From a bacterium (GTDB taxonomy: Bacteria; UBP14; UBA6098): a stretch of DNA of 64,000 nucleotides. Position 1 is the stretch's first letter; each line of letters opens with the position of its first letter. The translations under genes were made by a program, and so were the position numbers. Location of the stretch: NCBI GenBank assembly GCA_023145965.1, contig JAGLDC010000029.1, positions 3,272 through 67,271 of the forward strand. Direction: 5' to 3'. Under the pieces are notes generated by a model. It was not told the DNA's origin. It was given only the letters and a program-made list of their open reading frames with translations, and searched no databases. Of this stretch, positions 49,366 to 58,635 are shown piece after piece.

Positions 49366-49707
49366 CTCGACCTTATAAAAATAACTACACAGAATATTCT
49401 CAGGCGCGCTGGCGCGGGAAAGGGGCGGTGGCTTGATGGGGATTTTTGCGCAAGAAAAGCTAACTATTAGGTTATAATTCTCGGTATAACAAAAATCGTG
49501 ACAGCGCGAAGGAGGGGAAAATCGGGATTATTCCACCATTTTGGTATTTCCTAAATTAGTAATCGAGATAAACACATTCTCTTAAACAATAACTTTGAGT
49601 AAACTGTTTAAGTTCTTTATTGACATTAAAATAAATTTGTTTATCTTCTATATAAAGTCCTCCAATGCACAGGGTTTAGGTGGATTGAGTTTTAACCGTT
49701 TCCAAAT

Positions 49708-52305
49708 ATGAGAAATACTAAATCTTCGCAAAAGAATTCAGGGCACTCTATTCGAGGTATAATCGCTTCAATTATGCTCGTTTCTTTCGCATTATGGCTC
49801 TTCATGTCTATAGTTGGCGCACCACCAGCTTCATCCGAATTAAGCAATGTTGGTTTCAATAAATTTGGTGGTCCGGTGGGGGCCTTCGCGGCCTCTCATT
49901 TGGTAGCCACCTTCGGCTATCTATCGATTTTTATTTCTGCACTGATAATCCTTGTGGCTATTGGACGAATATTTCAAATACAAGTGAGAAAAATCGCTGT
50001 CCTTGGGGGGGAGATAATTTCCGGTCATGCAATCTTAGCCTGTCTCTTGGGACTGCCCGAAAGCGGGCTTTCGATGAACATAGTTGGGAATTATGGTCTC
50101 ACACTTTCTTCGACTGTTAAATCCGTGTTTGGTGGTTTGGGTTCCTATATTTTCATGATTTGTCTTTTTCTCGGATTCATCGCCGTGCTGACTCGCCTTG
50201 ATATTCGGGGTTCTTTTCAATCGGCGGGCAAGGGTATTTCAGGGATAATAATTTGGCTTTCGGCAAGAAAAGAAAGACGATCAGCTCGCAAAGAAGCCAC
50301 GCGCGAGGAAATTTTTGCCAAGTATTCAAACAAGCTGCGTGAGAACCATAATCCCGGAGGTATAACTGGAAGCCTTATCCCTGGCGATCTCTCACATCCT
50401 GAAAATTACACCGAACCAGTAGCCTCTATTATCAATGAAGATCAGGAAGTAGAACCAAACGCAAAAGAAACGCCCTCGAATTACATGGAGTTCATTCCAC
50501 CTCCTATTCGAAGAAATGCAAAAACATTCAAAGAAAACCGCGATTTTGCCCCAAAGGAAATAGAGGCTATACCACCCCCTCCTTCTGGTCACCTTGATAC
50601 AATAAATCCTAAGACTTTACATGAAACCATCCCTATAAAAAAGAAATCTATCCCGCAACTTAAAAACCCGTTCTTAAGTGACGAACTGGAAACAGAAGAT
50701 AAACCTAAACCCATCATCTCTCAGGAACCACCACTCCCTGAACCAGTTATCTCGAATGAAAAATCCCCGGAGATAGCCTCCATTTATGAAAATATGCCCA
50801 TCGAAAAGGCAAAATCTCAGCACAATCAATCAAAAAAAATATCTTTATTGCGACCTTATAAATATACTCCTCCTCCTCTAAATATTCTCATCGACCCAGA
50901 ACCAGATCCCGAAAGTGTGTCGGATGGCGCTCTTCATAAGCAATCCCAGAGGCTCTTGGAAACCCTTCGAAGCTTCAATGTTGATGGCGTAATACGCGAG
51001 ATATGTCCCGGGCCGGTTATCACTAGATTCGAACTCGAGCCTGCAGTGGGAGTTAAGGTCAGTCGAATTTCCAACCTTGCAGATGACATTGCGCTCGCGC
51101 TGAAGGCAAAAGACATTCGTATTGTCGCACCAATCCCCGGCAAAGGTGCCGTGGGTATCGAGGTGCCTAACGACAATAGCCAAATCGTTCGAATAAAATC
51201 GGAAATCTCCAGTGATGATTTTAATAATAATAAATATTCCCTTCCGCTGGCTCTCGGGAAACGCGTCGATGGCACCCCTGCTATAGCAGACCTCACAAAA
51301 ATGCCGCACCTCCTAATAGCTGGAGCTACTGGAAGCGGTAAATCAGTTTGTATCAACTCGATTATCACTAGCATCATTTATGCAAAAAGCCCAAAAGAAG
51401 TTCGCCTTATCCTGATCGACCCAAAACGCCTCGAACTATCGGTTTATAAAGGCATACCACACCTCGCTGCACCCATCGTGGTAGAACCAAAACATGCGAG
51501 CATTGCCCTTAACTGGGCTACCGAGGAGATGGATTCGCGATACAAGCTTTTAAGTGAAGTTGGCGTTCGCTCAATCGCCGACTATAATACATACATCGAT
51601 GCTCACAAAGAACGTGAAGACCTTTCAAAATTGCCATATATAATGGTTATTGTCGATGAAATGGCAGACCTTATGGTTACTGTAGCGAGTGAAATAGAGG
51701 AGCCTATTGCGAGGCTGGCACAAATGGCGCGTGCTGTGGGCATTCATCTTATTATCGCTACGCAACGCCCCAGTGTAGATGTTATCACCGGCCTTATCAA
51801 AGCGAATTTCCCAAGCCGTATAGCCTTCAAGGTTCGTAGCAAGATCGATAGCCGAACAATACTCGATATAGGTGGTGCGGAAAGGTTACTCGGAAAGGGT
51901 GATATGCTTTATCTTCCTAGTGGATACGCCGAAGCCATCCGAATTCACGGTTGTCTTATAACAACAAATGAGACCGAACGCGTTGTGAAATATCTGCGCA
52001 CCTTTCCGAATCCATTCCCGGATAAAATACTCGACATGGAAAAACAGGCGAATACTATCGCCGCTCAAGTCGATCAAGACGAACTATTTTGGGAAGCTGC
52101 AAAAATCATTGTTATGTATCAACAAGGTTCAACGAGTTTCCTACAGAGGAAACTCCGTGTTGGATATACCCGCGCAGGTTGTATAATAGACCAACTCGAG
52201 ATGGCTGGTATTGTTGGGCCATTCCAAGGATCGAAAGCAAGAGAGGTTTTAGTTAAAGACCTCGATAGCATAGACGAAATGAAAGAATCAGGAGTATCTG
52301 TATAA
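49708..52305 (+). CDS. ftsK: DNA translocase FtsK/SpoIIIE
   Basis: N-terminal TM segments, a proline-rich linker, a motor domain with Walker A GATGSGKS, and a C-terminal gamma winged-helix. Confidence 0.9.
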   Translation: MRNTKSSQKNSGHSIRGIIASIMLVSFALWLFMSIVGAPPASSELSNVGFNKFGGPVGAFAASHLVATFGYLSIFISALIILVAIGRIFQIQVRKIAVLGGEIISGHAILACLLGLPESGLSMNIVGNYGLTLSSTVKSVFGGLGSYIFMICLFLGFIAVLTRLDIRGSFQSAGKGISGIIIWLSARKERRSARKEATREEIFAKYSNKLRENHNPGGITGSLIPGDLSHPENYTEPVASIINEDQEVEPNAKETPSNYMEFIPPPIRRNAKTFKENRDFAPKEIEAIPPPPSGHLDTINPKTLHETIPIKKKSIPQLKNPFLSDELETEDKPKPIISQEPPLPEPVISNEKSPEIASIYENMPIEKAKSQHNQSKKISLLRPYKYTPPPLNILIDPEPDPESVSDGALHKQSQRLLETLRSFNVDGVIREICPGPVITRFELEPAVGVKVSRISNLADDIALALKAKDIRIVAPIPGKGAVGIEVPNDNSQIVRIKSEISSDDFNNNKYSLPLALGKRVDGTPAIADLTKMPHLLIAGATGSGKSVCINSIITSIIYAKSPKEVRLILIDPKRLELSVYKGIPHLAAPIVVEPKHASIALNWATEEMDSRYKLLSEVGVRSIADYNTYIDAHKEREDLSKLPYIMVIVDEMADLMVTVASEIEEPIARLAQMARAVGIHLIIATQRPSVDVITGLIKANFPSRIAFKVRSKIDSRTILDIGGAERLLGKGDMLYLPSGYAEAIRIHGCLITTNETERVVKYLRTFPNPFPDKILDMEKQANTIAAQVDQDELFWEAAKIIVMYQQGSTSFLQRKLRVGYTRAGCIIDQLEMAGIVGPFQGSKAREVLVKDLDSIDEMKESGVSV

Positions 52306-52426
52306 AAAAAATTAAAAACTAAATAATAACTTTGACAAGATAATTTTTATTTATTATATAATCTAATTGTGAAAAGGTGTTTTTTTGGGGTATCATTCTT
52401 ATGGCGATGACAACGAGGGCTGAAAA

Positions 52427-53491
52427 ATGAATTTAAACGATTTTCTCCTATCTGTAATAAAGAAAGGAGCGAGCGATATTCACTTCAAGGTAGGTAGCCC
52501 GCCTGTTGTTAGAATATTCGGCGAATTGATTGTAACAAAATCGCCGCCCCTGCGTCCTCAAGACACAAGCGCTCTCGCCTTTACTTTCCTCAATGAATCC
52601 AGCGGCAGGCACTTCTCCTCTTTTACCGAGATAGATACGACCTATTCTATCGAGGAACACGCCCGCTTCAGGGTCAATATTTTTAAGTCAAAAGGCCATT
52701 TCTCTATAGCATTAAGATATATACCCATGGTCATTCCCGAGATAGAAAAACTCGGCATTCCTTCCGTTGCCGGCGATATGGCTCTCGAGCCGCGTGGTCT
52801 TATTCTCGTGACAGGAGTCACCGGTAGTGGGAAATCCACTACACTTGCAGCAATGGTTGATCACATAAATAAAAATAAACGCCGTCATATCATCACTATC
52901 GAGGATCCTATCGAGTTCATTCATAGCGATATAAAAAGTGTTATCAACCAACGAGAGGTCGGTGTCGATTCACCTACCTTCATGGCTGCTATGCGGGCTG
53001 CAATGCGCGAAGACCCCGATGTTATTCTCATTGGCGAGCTTAGGGATCAGGATGCTGTCTCGACAGCTATGCGCGCCGCAGAAACCGGCCACATGGTTCT
53101 CTCCACTTTCCATACGGTTAACACAAAAGAAACTATTAATTCGATAATTAGCTTTTTCCCCGAACACGAACAGGTGCAAGTTAAAGCCAAGCTCGCGGCC
53201 AATCTTCGAGGTGTTATCTCCCAAAGACTCATCCGTAAAAAAGATAACACCGGCAGGGTCTTAGCACCAGAAGTGATGCTTGTAACCCAAACAATACGAG
53301 CCTGCATCGTCGATGAAGAAAAGCGCGAGGATATTCCTTATTATATCTCTCAAGGTTCCAGCGAATATGGTATGCAGACCTTCGATCAGGCGGTCATGAA
53401 GCTTTATAAAGCGGATTTAATCAGCTATGAGGATGCTCTCGCCAATGCCAGCAGCCCCGCTGAGTTCGAGCGCGCGCTTCAATTCGGTTAA
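52427..53491 (+). CDS. pilT: Type IV pilus retraction ATPase PilT-like
   Basis: ASDIHFKVGSPPVVR N-terminus, Walker A GVTGSGKST, and Asp/His boxes of the PilT/GspE family. 354 aa. Confidence 0.85.
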   Translation: MNLNDFLLSVIKKGASDIHFKVGSPPVVRIFGELIVTKSPPLRPQDTSALAFTFLNESSGRHFSSFTEIDTTYSIEEHARFRVNIFKSKGHFSIALRYIPMVIPEIEKLGIPSVAGDMALEPRGLILVTGVTGSGKSTTLAAMVDHINKNKRRHIITIEDPIEFIHSDIKSVINQREVGVDSPTFMAAMRAAMREDPDVILIGELRDQDAVSTAMRAAETGHMVLSTFHTVNTKETINSIISFFPEHEQVQVKAKLAANLRGVISQRLIRKKDNTGRVLAPEVMLVTQTIRACIVDEEKREDIPYYISQGSSEYGMQTFDQAVMKLYKADLISYEDALANASSPAEFERALQFG

Positions 53492-53496
53492 TCGAT

Positions 53497-54018
53497 ATGA
53501 TAAAGATTAAAAAGCCTTCGGACGCACCGCCACCTAAACCCGGCGGTTTCGTGTGGAAATTTCTAGCAAGTTTTTTCGGAACCGGTTTCTCTCCTGTTGC
53601 ACCAGGGACTGTAGCCAGCGCGGTGAGTTTCGCTATACTATGGTTTATTCCTAACGATATTTGGCCTTTCTGGATGGCTACAGTAGCGCTGTGTTTTTTA
53701 GGTGTGCCAATTTCATCCAAGGCAGAGGAATACTGGGGCAAAGACCCATCTAAGGTTGTCATCGACGAGGTCGCTGGTTGCATGATAACTGTTCTATTTC
53801 TCCCTAAAACTCTGGTTTTGTGGGTTATAGGTTTTTTGGGTTTCAGGTTCTACGATATATTAAAACTCCCTCCCGGGCGGGCCGCAGAAAGACGCCTTCC
53901 AAAGGGATGGGGTATCATGACCGATGACATAGTCGCCGGTATATATGCCTTTATTCTCGCTCATCTGTTCAACCTGCTTTTCCCAAAGCTGGCAATATGG
54001 ACACCATGGATTTCGTGA
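53497..54018 (+). CDS. pgpA: Phosphatidylglycerophosphatase A
   Basis: FGTGFSPVAPGTVAS motif. Hydrophobic 173-aa protein. Confidence 0.85.
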   Translation: MIKIKKPSDAPPPKPGGFVWKFLASFFGTGFSPVAPGTVASAVSFAILWFIPNDIWPFWMATVALCFLGVPISSKAEEYWGKDPSKVVIDEVAGCMITVLFLPKTLVLWVIGFLGFRFYDILKLPPGRAAERRLPKGWGIMTDDIVAGIYAFILAHLFNLLFPKLAIWTPWIS

Positions 54019-55274
54019 TCATTGCCATAGGCGATGAACTGCTTTCCGGCAGGACTATCGACACTAATTCTGCATGGCTATCTTCGCAAATCGATAAACT
54101 TGGTTTTCAGACTACCTGGCACCTCACTGTTGCGGACAAGATTGATACGATAACCGAAGCTATCACTCGCGCAAAAAGGCGCGGCAGTGTGTGCATTCTA
54201 AGCGGTGGCCTCGGCCCCACAGTGGATGATGTAACTATCGAAGCCATCTGCAAATTCTTTGGTCGAAAGCTCTTAACTGAAGAATCTATCCTCGATGAGA
54301 TAAAGGAAAAATACATCGATAGAGGCCTACCCCTTCCGAAAAGCGGTATTCCGAATGAAGCGCTTATTCCAGAGCGAGCTACCGCGCTCAAAAATTCTGT
54401 TGGTATGGCCCCCGGCATCTTAATCGAGGAGGATGGATTTATTCTAATAGCGCTCCCAGGTGTGCCCCATGAGTTGAAGGATATATTTATTCATTGCGTA
54501 GCACATTTCCTTGAAAAATATCAACCAAAGAACAGCGTTCTTACGAATGTCATCTACACGACAGGCATTGCCGAGAGCTCACTCTCCTGTAAACTGGAAA
54601 AAATCCTACATAAATTTCCCGAACAGAAGATTGCATTTTATCCAGGTTATTATGGCGTAGAAGTGCGCCTCACGAGCACAACCAATGCGGGCTTCAAGAG
54701 TTTCAGTGAGAAGATATTCGAGATATGCAAACCGTGGTGCTATTCTACGGTTAAGAGGGACCTTCCTAATATTATTGGCGCGCTCTTAAAGAAGCGCAAC
54801 CACAAAGTTTCAGCTGCAGAAAGTTGCACTGGCGGCCTTCTTTCTTCGAGGCTAGTTGATGTCGCGGGCGCAAGCATGTGGTTCGAAGGCGGAGTGGTCA
54901 GTTACTCTAACGATGCCAAAGTTGAGCTTCTTGGAGTGGAGCATTCTGTGCTTGAAAAATATGGGGCCGTTTCCGGTGTAGTAGCTTCGCAGATGGCACG
55001 CGGCTCATGCATAAAATTCCACGCGGATTATGGTTTATCCACCACTGGTATCGCCGGACCTACTGGGGAATCGAAAGAAAAACCCCTAGGCTTGGTGTTT
55101 TACGCTGTTCATTCTCCTGAAGGAACGTTTATTCGCTCAAATATATTTGCCGGCGGAAGAGAATCTCACAGGCACAAAACTTCACAGGCAGTTCTGACAA
55201 TGCTCTGGCTTATTTTAGAGGGCCGATATAATAATCATATTTGGGTAGATGGCAGCAAAGAGTTTCTTTTATGA
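53997..55274 (+). CDS. cinA: CinA-family protein (N-terminal MoCF-binding-like domain + C-terminal NMN deamidase PncC-like domain)
   Basis: VIIAIGDELLSGRTIDTNSAWLS N-terminus and C-terminal AESCTGGLLSSRL motif. Confidence 0.85.
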   Translation: MDTMDFVIIAIGDELLSGRTIDTNSAWLSSQIDKLGFQTTWHLTVADKIDTITEAITRAKRRGSVCILSGGLGPTVDDVTIEAICKFFGRKLLTEESILDEIKEKYIDRGLPLPKSGIPNEALIPERATALKNSVGMAPGILIEEDGFILIALPGVPHELKDIFIHCVAHFLEKYQPKNSVLTNVIYTTGIAESSLSCKLEKILHKFPEQKIAFYPGYYGVEVRLTSTTNAGFKSFSEKIFEICKPWCYSTVKRDLPNIIGALLKKRNHKVSAAESCTGGLLSSRLVDVAGASMWFEGGVVSYSNDAKVELLGVEHSVLEKYGAVSGVVASQMARGSCIKFHADYGLSTTGIAGPTGESKEKPLGLVFYAVHSPEGTFIRSNIFAGGRESHRHKTSQAVLTMLWLILEGRYNNHIWVDGSKEFLL

Positions 55275-55849
55275 GGTCTTCACAGAACCAGATAAGGACC
55301 TTCATATGCCTCGAACTGCCGAAGGATATACAAAAAACCATCGACAACGGCCTCACTGAGCCGCTGAGAAAAACCTCGGCCCGATGTTCCTTCGTTAAGC
55401 CGGGAAATCTCCACCTCACGCTTAAATTTCTCGGAGATATCGACCCATCGGAAATAGACCATATATCTGGAGAGATTCTAGAGTCTATTCGTGGATATCC
55501 GCCATTTAAGTTATCGCTCAGCAAAGTCGGAAGTTTCGGTGGTCATACACCGCGTGTCGTGTGGGCAGGTCTCGATGGCGAAATTATGCGCCTCGGTGAG
55601 GTTGCATCCAATATTGATAAAGCTTTGGCCAAACTCGGTTTTAAAAAGGAAAAAAGGGCTTTCAAACCACATCTCACTGTTGCGCGCGTCCGAGATAATC
55701 AAAGAAGCGATGAACTCCTTCGGATTATTAGGGAAGTTGGATCGCTTACCGGCGATTTCACAGCCGATAAAATAATATTCATGAAGAGCAAACTCTCCTC
55801 AGGCGGGAGCATTTATGAACCGCTTGCAGAATTCCCCCTATTAGCTTAA
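55271..55849 (+). CDS. thpR: RNA 2',3'-cyclic phosphodiesterase (2'-5' RNA ligase LigT/ThpR family)
   Basis: Two H-x-T/S-x motifs, HLTLKFLG and HLTVARV. The ATG overlaps the cinA stop (ATGA). The track ORF start at 55241 is inside cinA. Confidence 0.8.
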   Translation: MRSSQNQIRTFICLELPKDIQKTIDNGLTEPLRKTSARCSFVKPGNLHLTLKFLGDIDPSEIDHISGEILESIRGYPPFKLSLSKVGSFGGHTPRVVWAGLDGEIMRLGEVASNIDKALAKLGFKKEKRAFKPHLTVARVRDNQRSDELLRIIREVGSLTGDFTADKIIFMKSKLSSGGSIYEPLAEFPLLA

Positions 55850-56035
55850 TATTAAATCAAGCTAATATGTTCATTATTATCTTTATTATTCCCAACTCTA
55901 AAGGGAATCCATAATTTTTTATTCTTCTTTTTTTGAATACGACTGAAAACTTCATGTATTCAACGACATATTGAAAATTTGAGTGAATATAACAAATATT
56001 CATGTATATTTAATAAAATATAAACTGGAGGGTAT

Positions 56036-57079
56036 ATGGCAAATAACGAAAAACAGAGGGATAAGGCGCTTGAACTAGCTATCGAAAGCATCCATAAAGC
56101 ATTCGGTGACGGCGCTATTATGCGTCTTGGTGATAACGGAACACCTAAGCAAATCCCCAGCATAAGCACACACTCCCTCGGCCTCGATTTAGCCTTGGGC
56201 ATCGGAGGTATCCCACGTGGAAGGATCAGCGAAATTTTTGGCCCGGAATCATCCGGGAAAACCACCCTTGCTCTTCATGTTATTGCCGAGGCTCAAAAAA
56301 AGGGTGGTCTTGCGGCCTTTATCGACGCCGAACACGCGATGGATCCGGTTTATGCCGAGGCTCTTGGAGTAAAAGTAGATAGCCTTTGGGTCTCACAACC
56401 CGATAACGGCGAACAAGCGCTCGAAATATGCGAGACCATCGTTCGTAGCGGCGCAATGGACATTGTAGTAATAGACTCGGTCGCAGCCCTTGTGCCCCGC
56501 GCCGAGATCGAGGGCGAAATGGGCGATAGACAGGTTGGAGCCCAGGCAAGACTGATGAGCCAAGCACTTCGTAAACTCGCCGGTGCTATTAGTAAATCTA
56601 ATACTGCGGTTGTTTTTGTCAACCAAACACGTATGAAGATCGGTGTGATGTTCGGCAATCCCGAGACTACCTCGGGCGGAGTAGCTCTGAAGTTCTACGC
56701 TAGCGTGCGAATCAATATTCGGCGCGGTGCTACAATAAAGGTTAAGGAACAATCGATAGGAAACAAAGTTTATATACAGGTAGTGAAAAACAAGCTTGCA
56801 CCGCCATTCCGTAAGACTGAATGCGACATAGTTTATGGCGAAGGCATTTCTCGCGAAGCAGAGTTTTTGGACCTCGGTGTAGATTTGGATATTGTCACAA
56901 AAAAGGGTATGTGGTTCTCTTTCGGCGAGGAAAAACTCGGGCAAGGGAGAGAAAATTCTAGGATTTTCTTGAAAGAAAATCCCGATATTGCCAATAGAAT
57001 CGCCAATGGGATTAAGGCCAAACTCGGCTTAGAGCTCAAGGATACACCTAAAACAAAAGTAAAAAAAGAGGATAAATAA
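56036..57079 (+). CDS. recA: Recombinase RecA
   Basis: Walker [10 protein letters not shown] and L1/L2 loop regions. 347 aa. GGAGGG RBS. Confidence 0.95.
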   Translation: MANNEKQRDKALELAIESIHKAFGDGAIMRLGDNGTPKQIPSISTHSLGLDLALGIGGIPRGRISEIFGPESSGKTTLALHVIAEAQKKGGLAAFIDAEHAMDPVYAEALGVKVDSLWVSQPDNGEQALEICETIVRSGAMDIVVIDSVAALVPRAEIEGEMGDRQVGAQARLMSQALRKLAGAISKSNTAVVFVNQTRMKIGVMFGNPETTSGGVALKFYASVRINIRRGATIKVKEQSIGNKVYIQVVKNKLAPPFRKTECDIVYGEGISREAEFLDLGVDLDIVTKKGMWFSFGEEKLGQGRENSRIFLKENPDIANRIANGIKAKLGLELKDTPKTKVKKEDK

Positions 57080-57324
57080 AAAAGGTCGGTCACAATTGCG
57101 ACCGACCCTAAGGAATGGAGTTTCAAGATCTCCCATAAGGGAGACTAAAGGATTTTACAGCCGCCGGCAGTATTTAGTTGGTCATCGACACGAATGTCAT
57201 GTAACGCAACCGCTCGGGAGCTACCTTCATAAGATAATTGTTAGAGATCTTATTAACTTCATCCTCTCTAAAAGTATAAATAAATTTTTCTTCAATTCAA
57301 GCTCGAACTTACAAAGGGTAAATA

Positions 57325-57708
57325 ATGCGTAAGGGCTTCTTTTTAATTCTCGCGGTGATACTTGTTTTATTGGGTTTAGGTTGCACGAAAACTTACTATG
57401 GGAGTTTTTTAACTGCTCAAGTAAAAATCGATCCGATAGACGAGTTTAAGGCTGGACAATATATCGTTTTAGCATTTAAAAATGCAAAAAAAGCCACCGC
57501 CGAGGGTTGGGAATATGAATTTTGGGCATATAAAAACCGAGAGTTTAATAAAAGCTATAAATTCCAGGCGAGACTTGTCGCCGGAAGACGTAATTTCTAT
57601 CTAGTAGAAGAAATACCCGGAGCTCGCTCTGAAACAATAGCATCATTTCAAGCCAAACCCAATTACGATAGGATCAAAGAGAGGTTAACAGCTCATCTAA
57701 TAAATTAA
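57325..57708 (+). CDS. Hypothetical lipoprotein
   Basis: Signal peptide with lipobox LLGLGC. 127 aa. No recognisable domain. Confidence 0.55.
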   Translation: MRKGFFLILAVILVLLGLGCTKTYYGSFLTAQVKIDPIDEFKAGQYIVLAFKNAKKATAEGWEYEFWAYKNREFNKSYKFQARLVAGRRNFYLVEEIPGARSETIASFQAKPNYDRIKERLTAHLIN

Positions 57709-57714
57709 ACCTAA

Positions 57715-58449
57715 TTAGTCTTTCGCGCGTGCGCTTTCCGCAACCACCTTGACTGTCTCATAATAAGCGTCGATAGAGGCACCAGCATCCGCCCACCAAC
57801 CATCGAGAGTGCTGTATTCAAGCTTACCTTGTTTAAGATAAACATTATTTACATCTGTGATCTCGAGTTCGTTTCTGTGTGAAGGCTCGAGAGTTCTTAT
57901 AATATCGAAAACCTCCGGGCCATACATATATATTCCTATAACCGCAAAATTTGATGGTGGCTGTTTTGGTTTCTCGATTATCTTCTCGATATTACCTTTT
58001 TTGCCGAAACTCACCACCCCATAATCGCGTGGATCCTCTACCTCTTTAAGCAAAATTCGCGCGCCTTCTTTCTGTTTTTCGAAGTCGCTCACCGCCCTAG
58101 CAATGCTAGATTCTATAATGTTATCCCCAAGAAAAACGACAGTTTTATCTCCATCGACAAAATGCTCACAAAGACTGAGGGCTTCGGCTATACCACCCTC
58201 GTTCTGTTGATAAGCGTAGTTAAGGTGTTTTAGTCCGAACTCTGCTCCATTTCCTAAAAGCCTGAGGAATTCCCCTGCATGATTCCCACCGCATACAACC
58301 ATTATATCCTTGATACCAGCATCGACTAGTGAGCGCAAAGGATAATAAATCATCGGGGCATCATAAACAGGCAAAAGGTGTTTGTTTGTTATATTTGTGA
58401 GAGGTCTAAGCCGAGAGCCGAGTCCACCGGCCAATATCAATCCCTTCAT
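57715..58449 (-). CDS. Sugar-phosphate nucleotidyltransferase (glucose-1-phosphate thymidylyl/uridylyltransferase family, short form)
   Basis: MKGLILAGGLGSRLRPLT is the G-x-G-T-R-x-x-P-type NTP-transferase motif. 244 aa. Confidence 0.8.
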   Translation of the reverse strand: MKGLILAGGLGSRLRPLTNITNKHLLPVYDAPMIYYPLRSLVDAGIKDIMVVCGGNHAGEFLRLLGNGAEFGLKHLNYAYQQNEGGIAEALSLCEHFVDGDKTVVFLGDNIIESSIARAVSDFEKQKEGARILLKEVEDPRDYGVVSFGKKGNIEKIIEKPKQPPSNFAVIGIYMYGPEVFDIIRTLEPSHRNELEITDVNNVYLKQGKLEYSTLDGWWADAGASIDAYYETVKVVAESARAKD

Positions 58450-58635
58450 CGCATTCTCCGTTTTAAAATGCGAGGATCGGGATGCGGCAAACGCTTTCGA
58501 GGAATATAACCCGTTAATCTGCTCGGGTCAAGGAATATATTTTTTATACTTTATAGACTAATTTAAATAAAGAGATTAAAAAAGGAAAGGCAACTTCACT
58601 GCTTCTATCAACTATTACTAAATACCAGTATCCAG

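Noticed and set aside
57096-57332. 78-aa ORF in recA-downstream spacer
   Set aside because: No RBS, odd composition, and it overlaps the terminator-like hairpin. It is likely non-coding.
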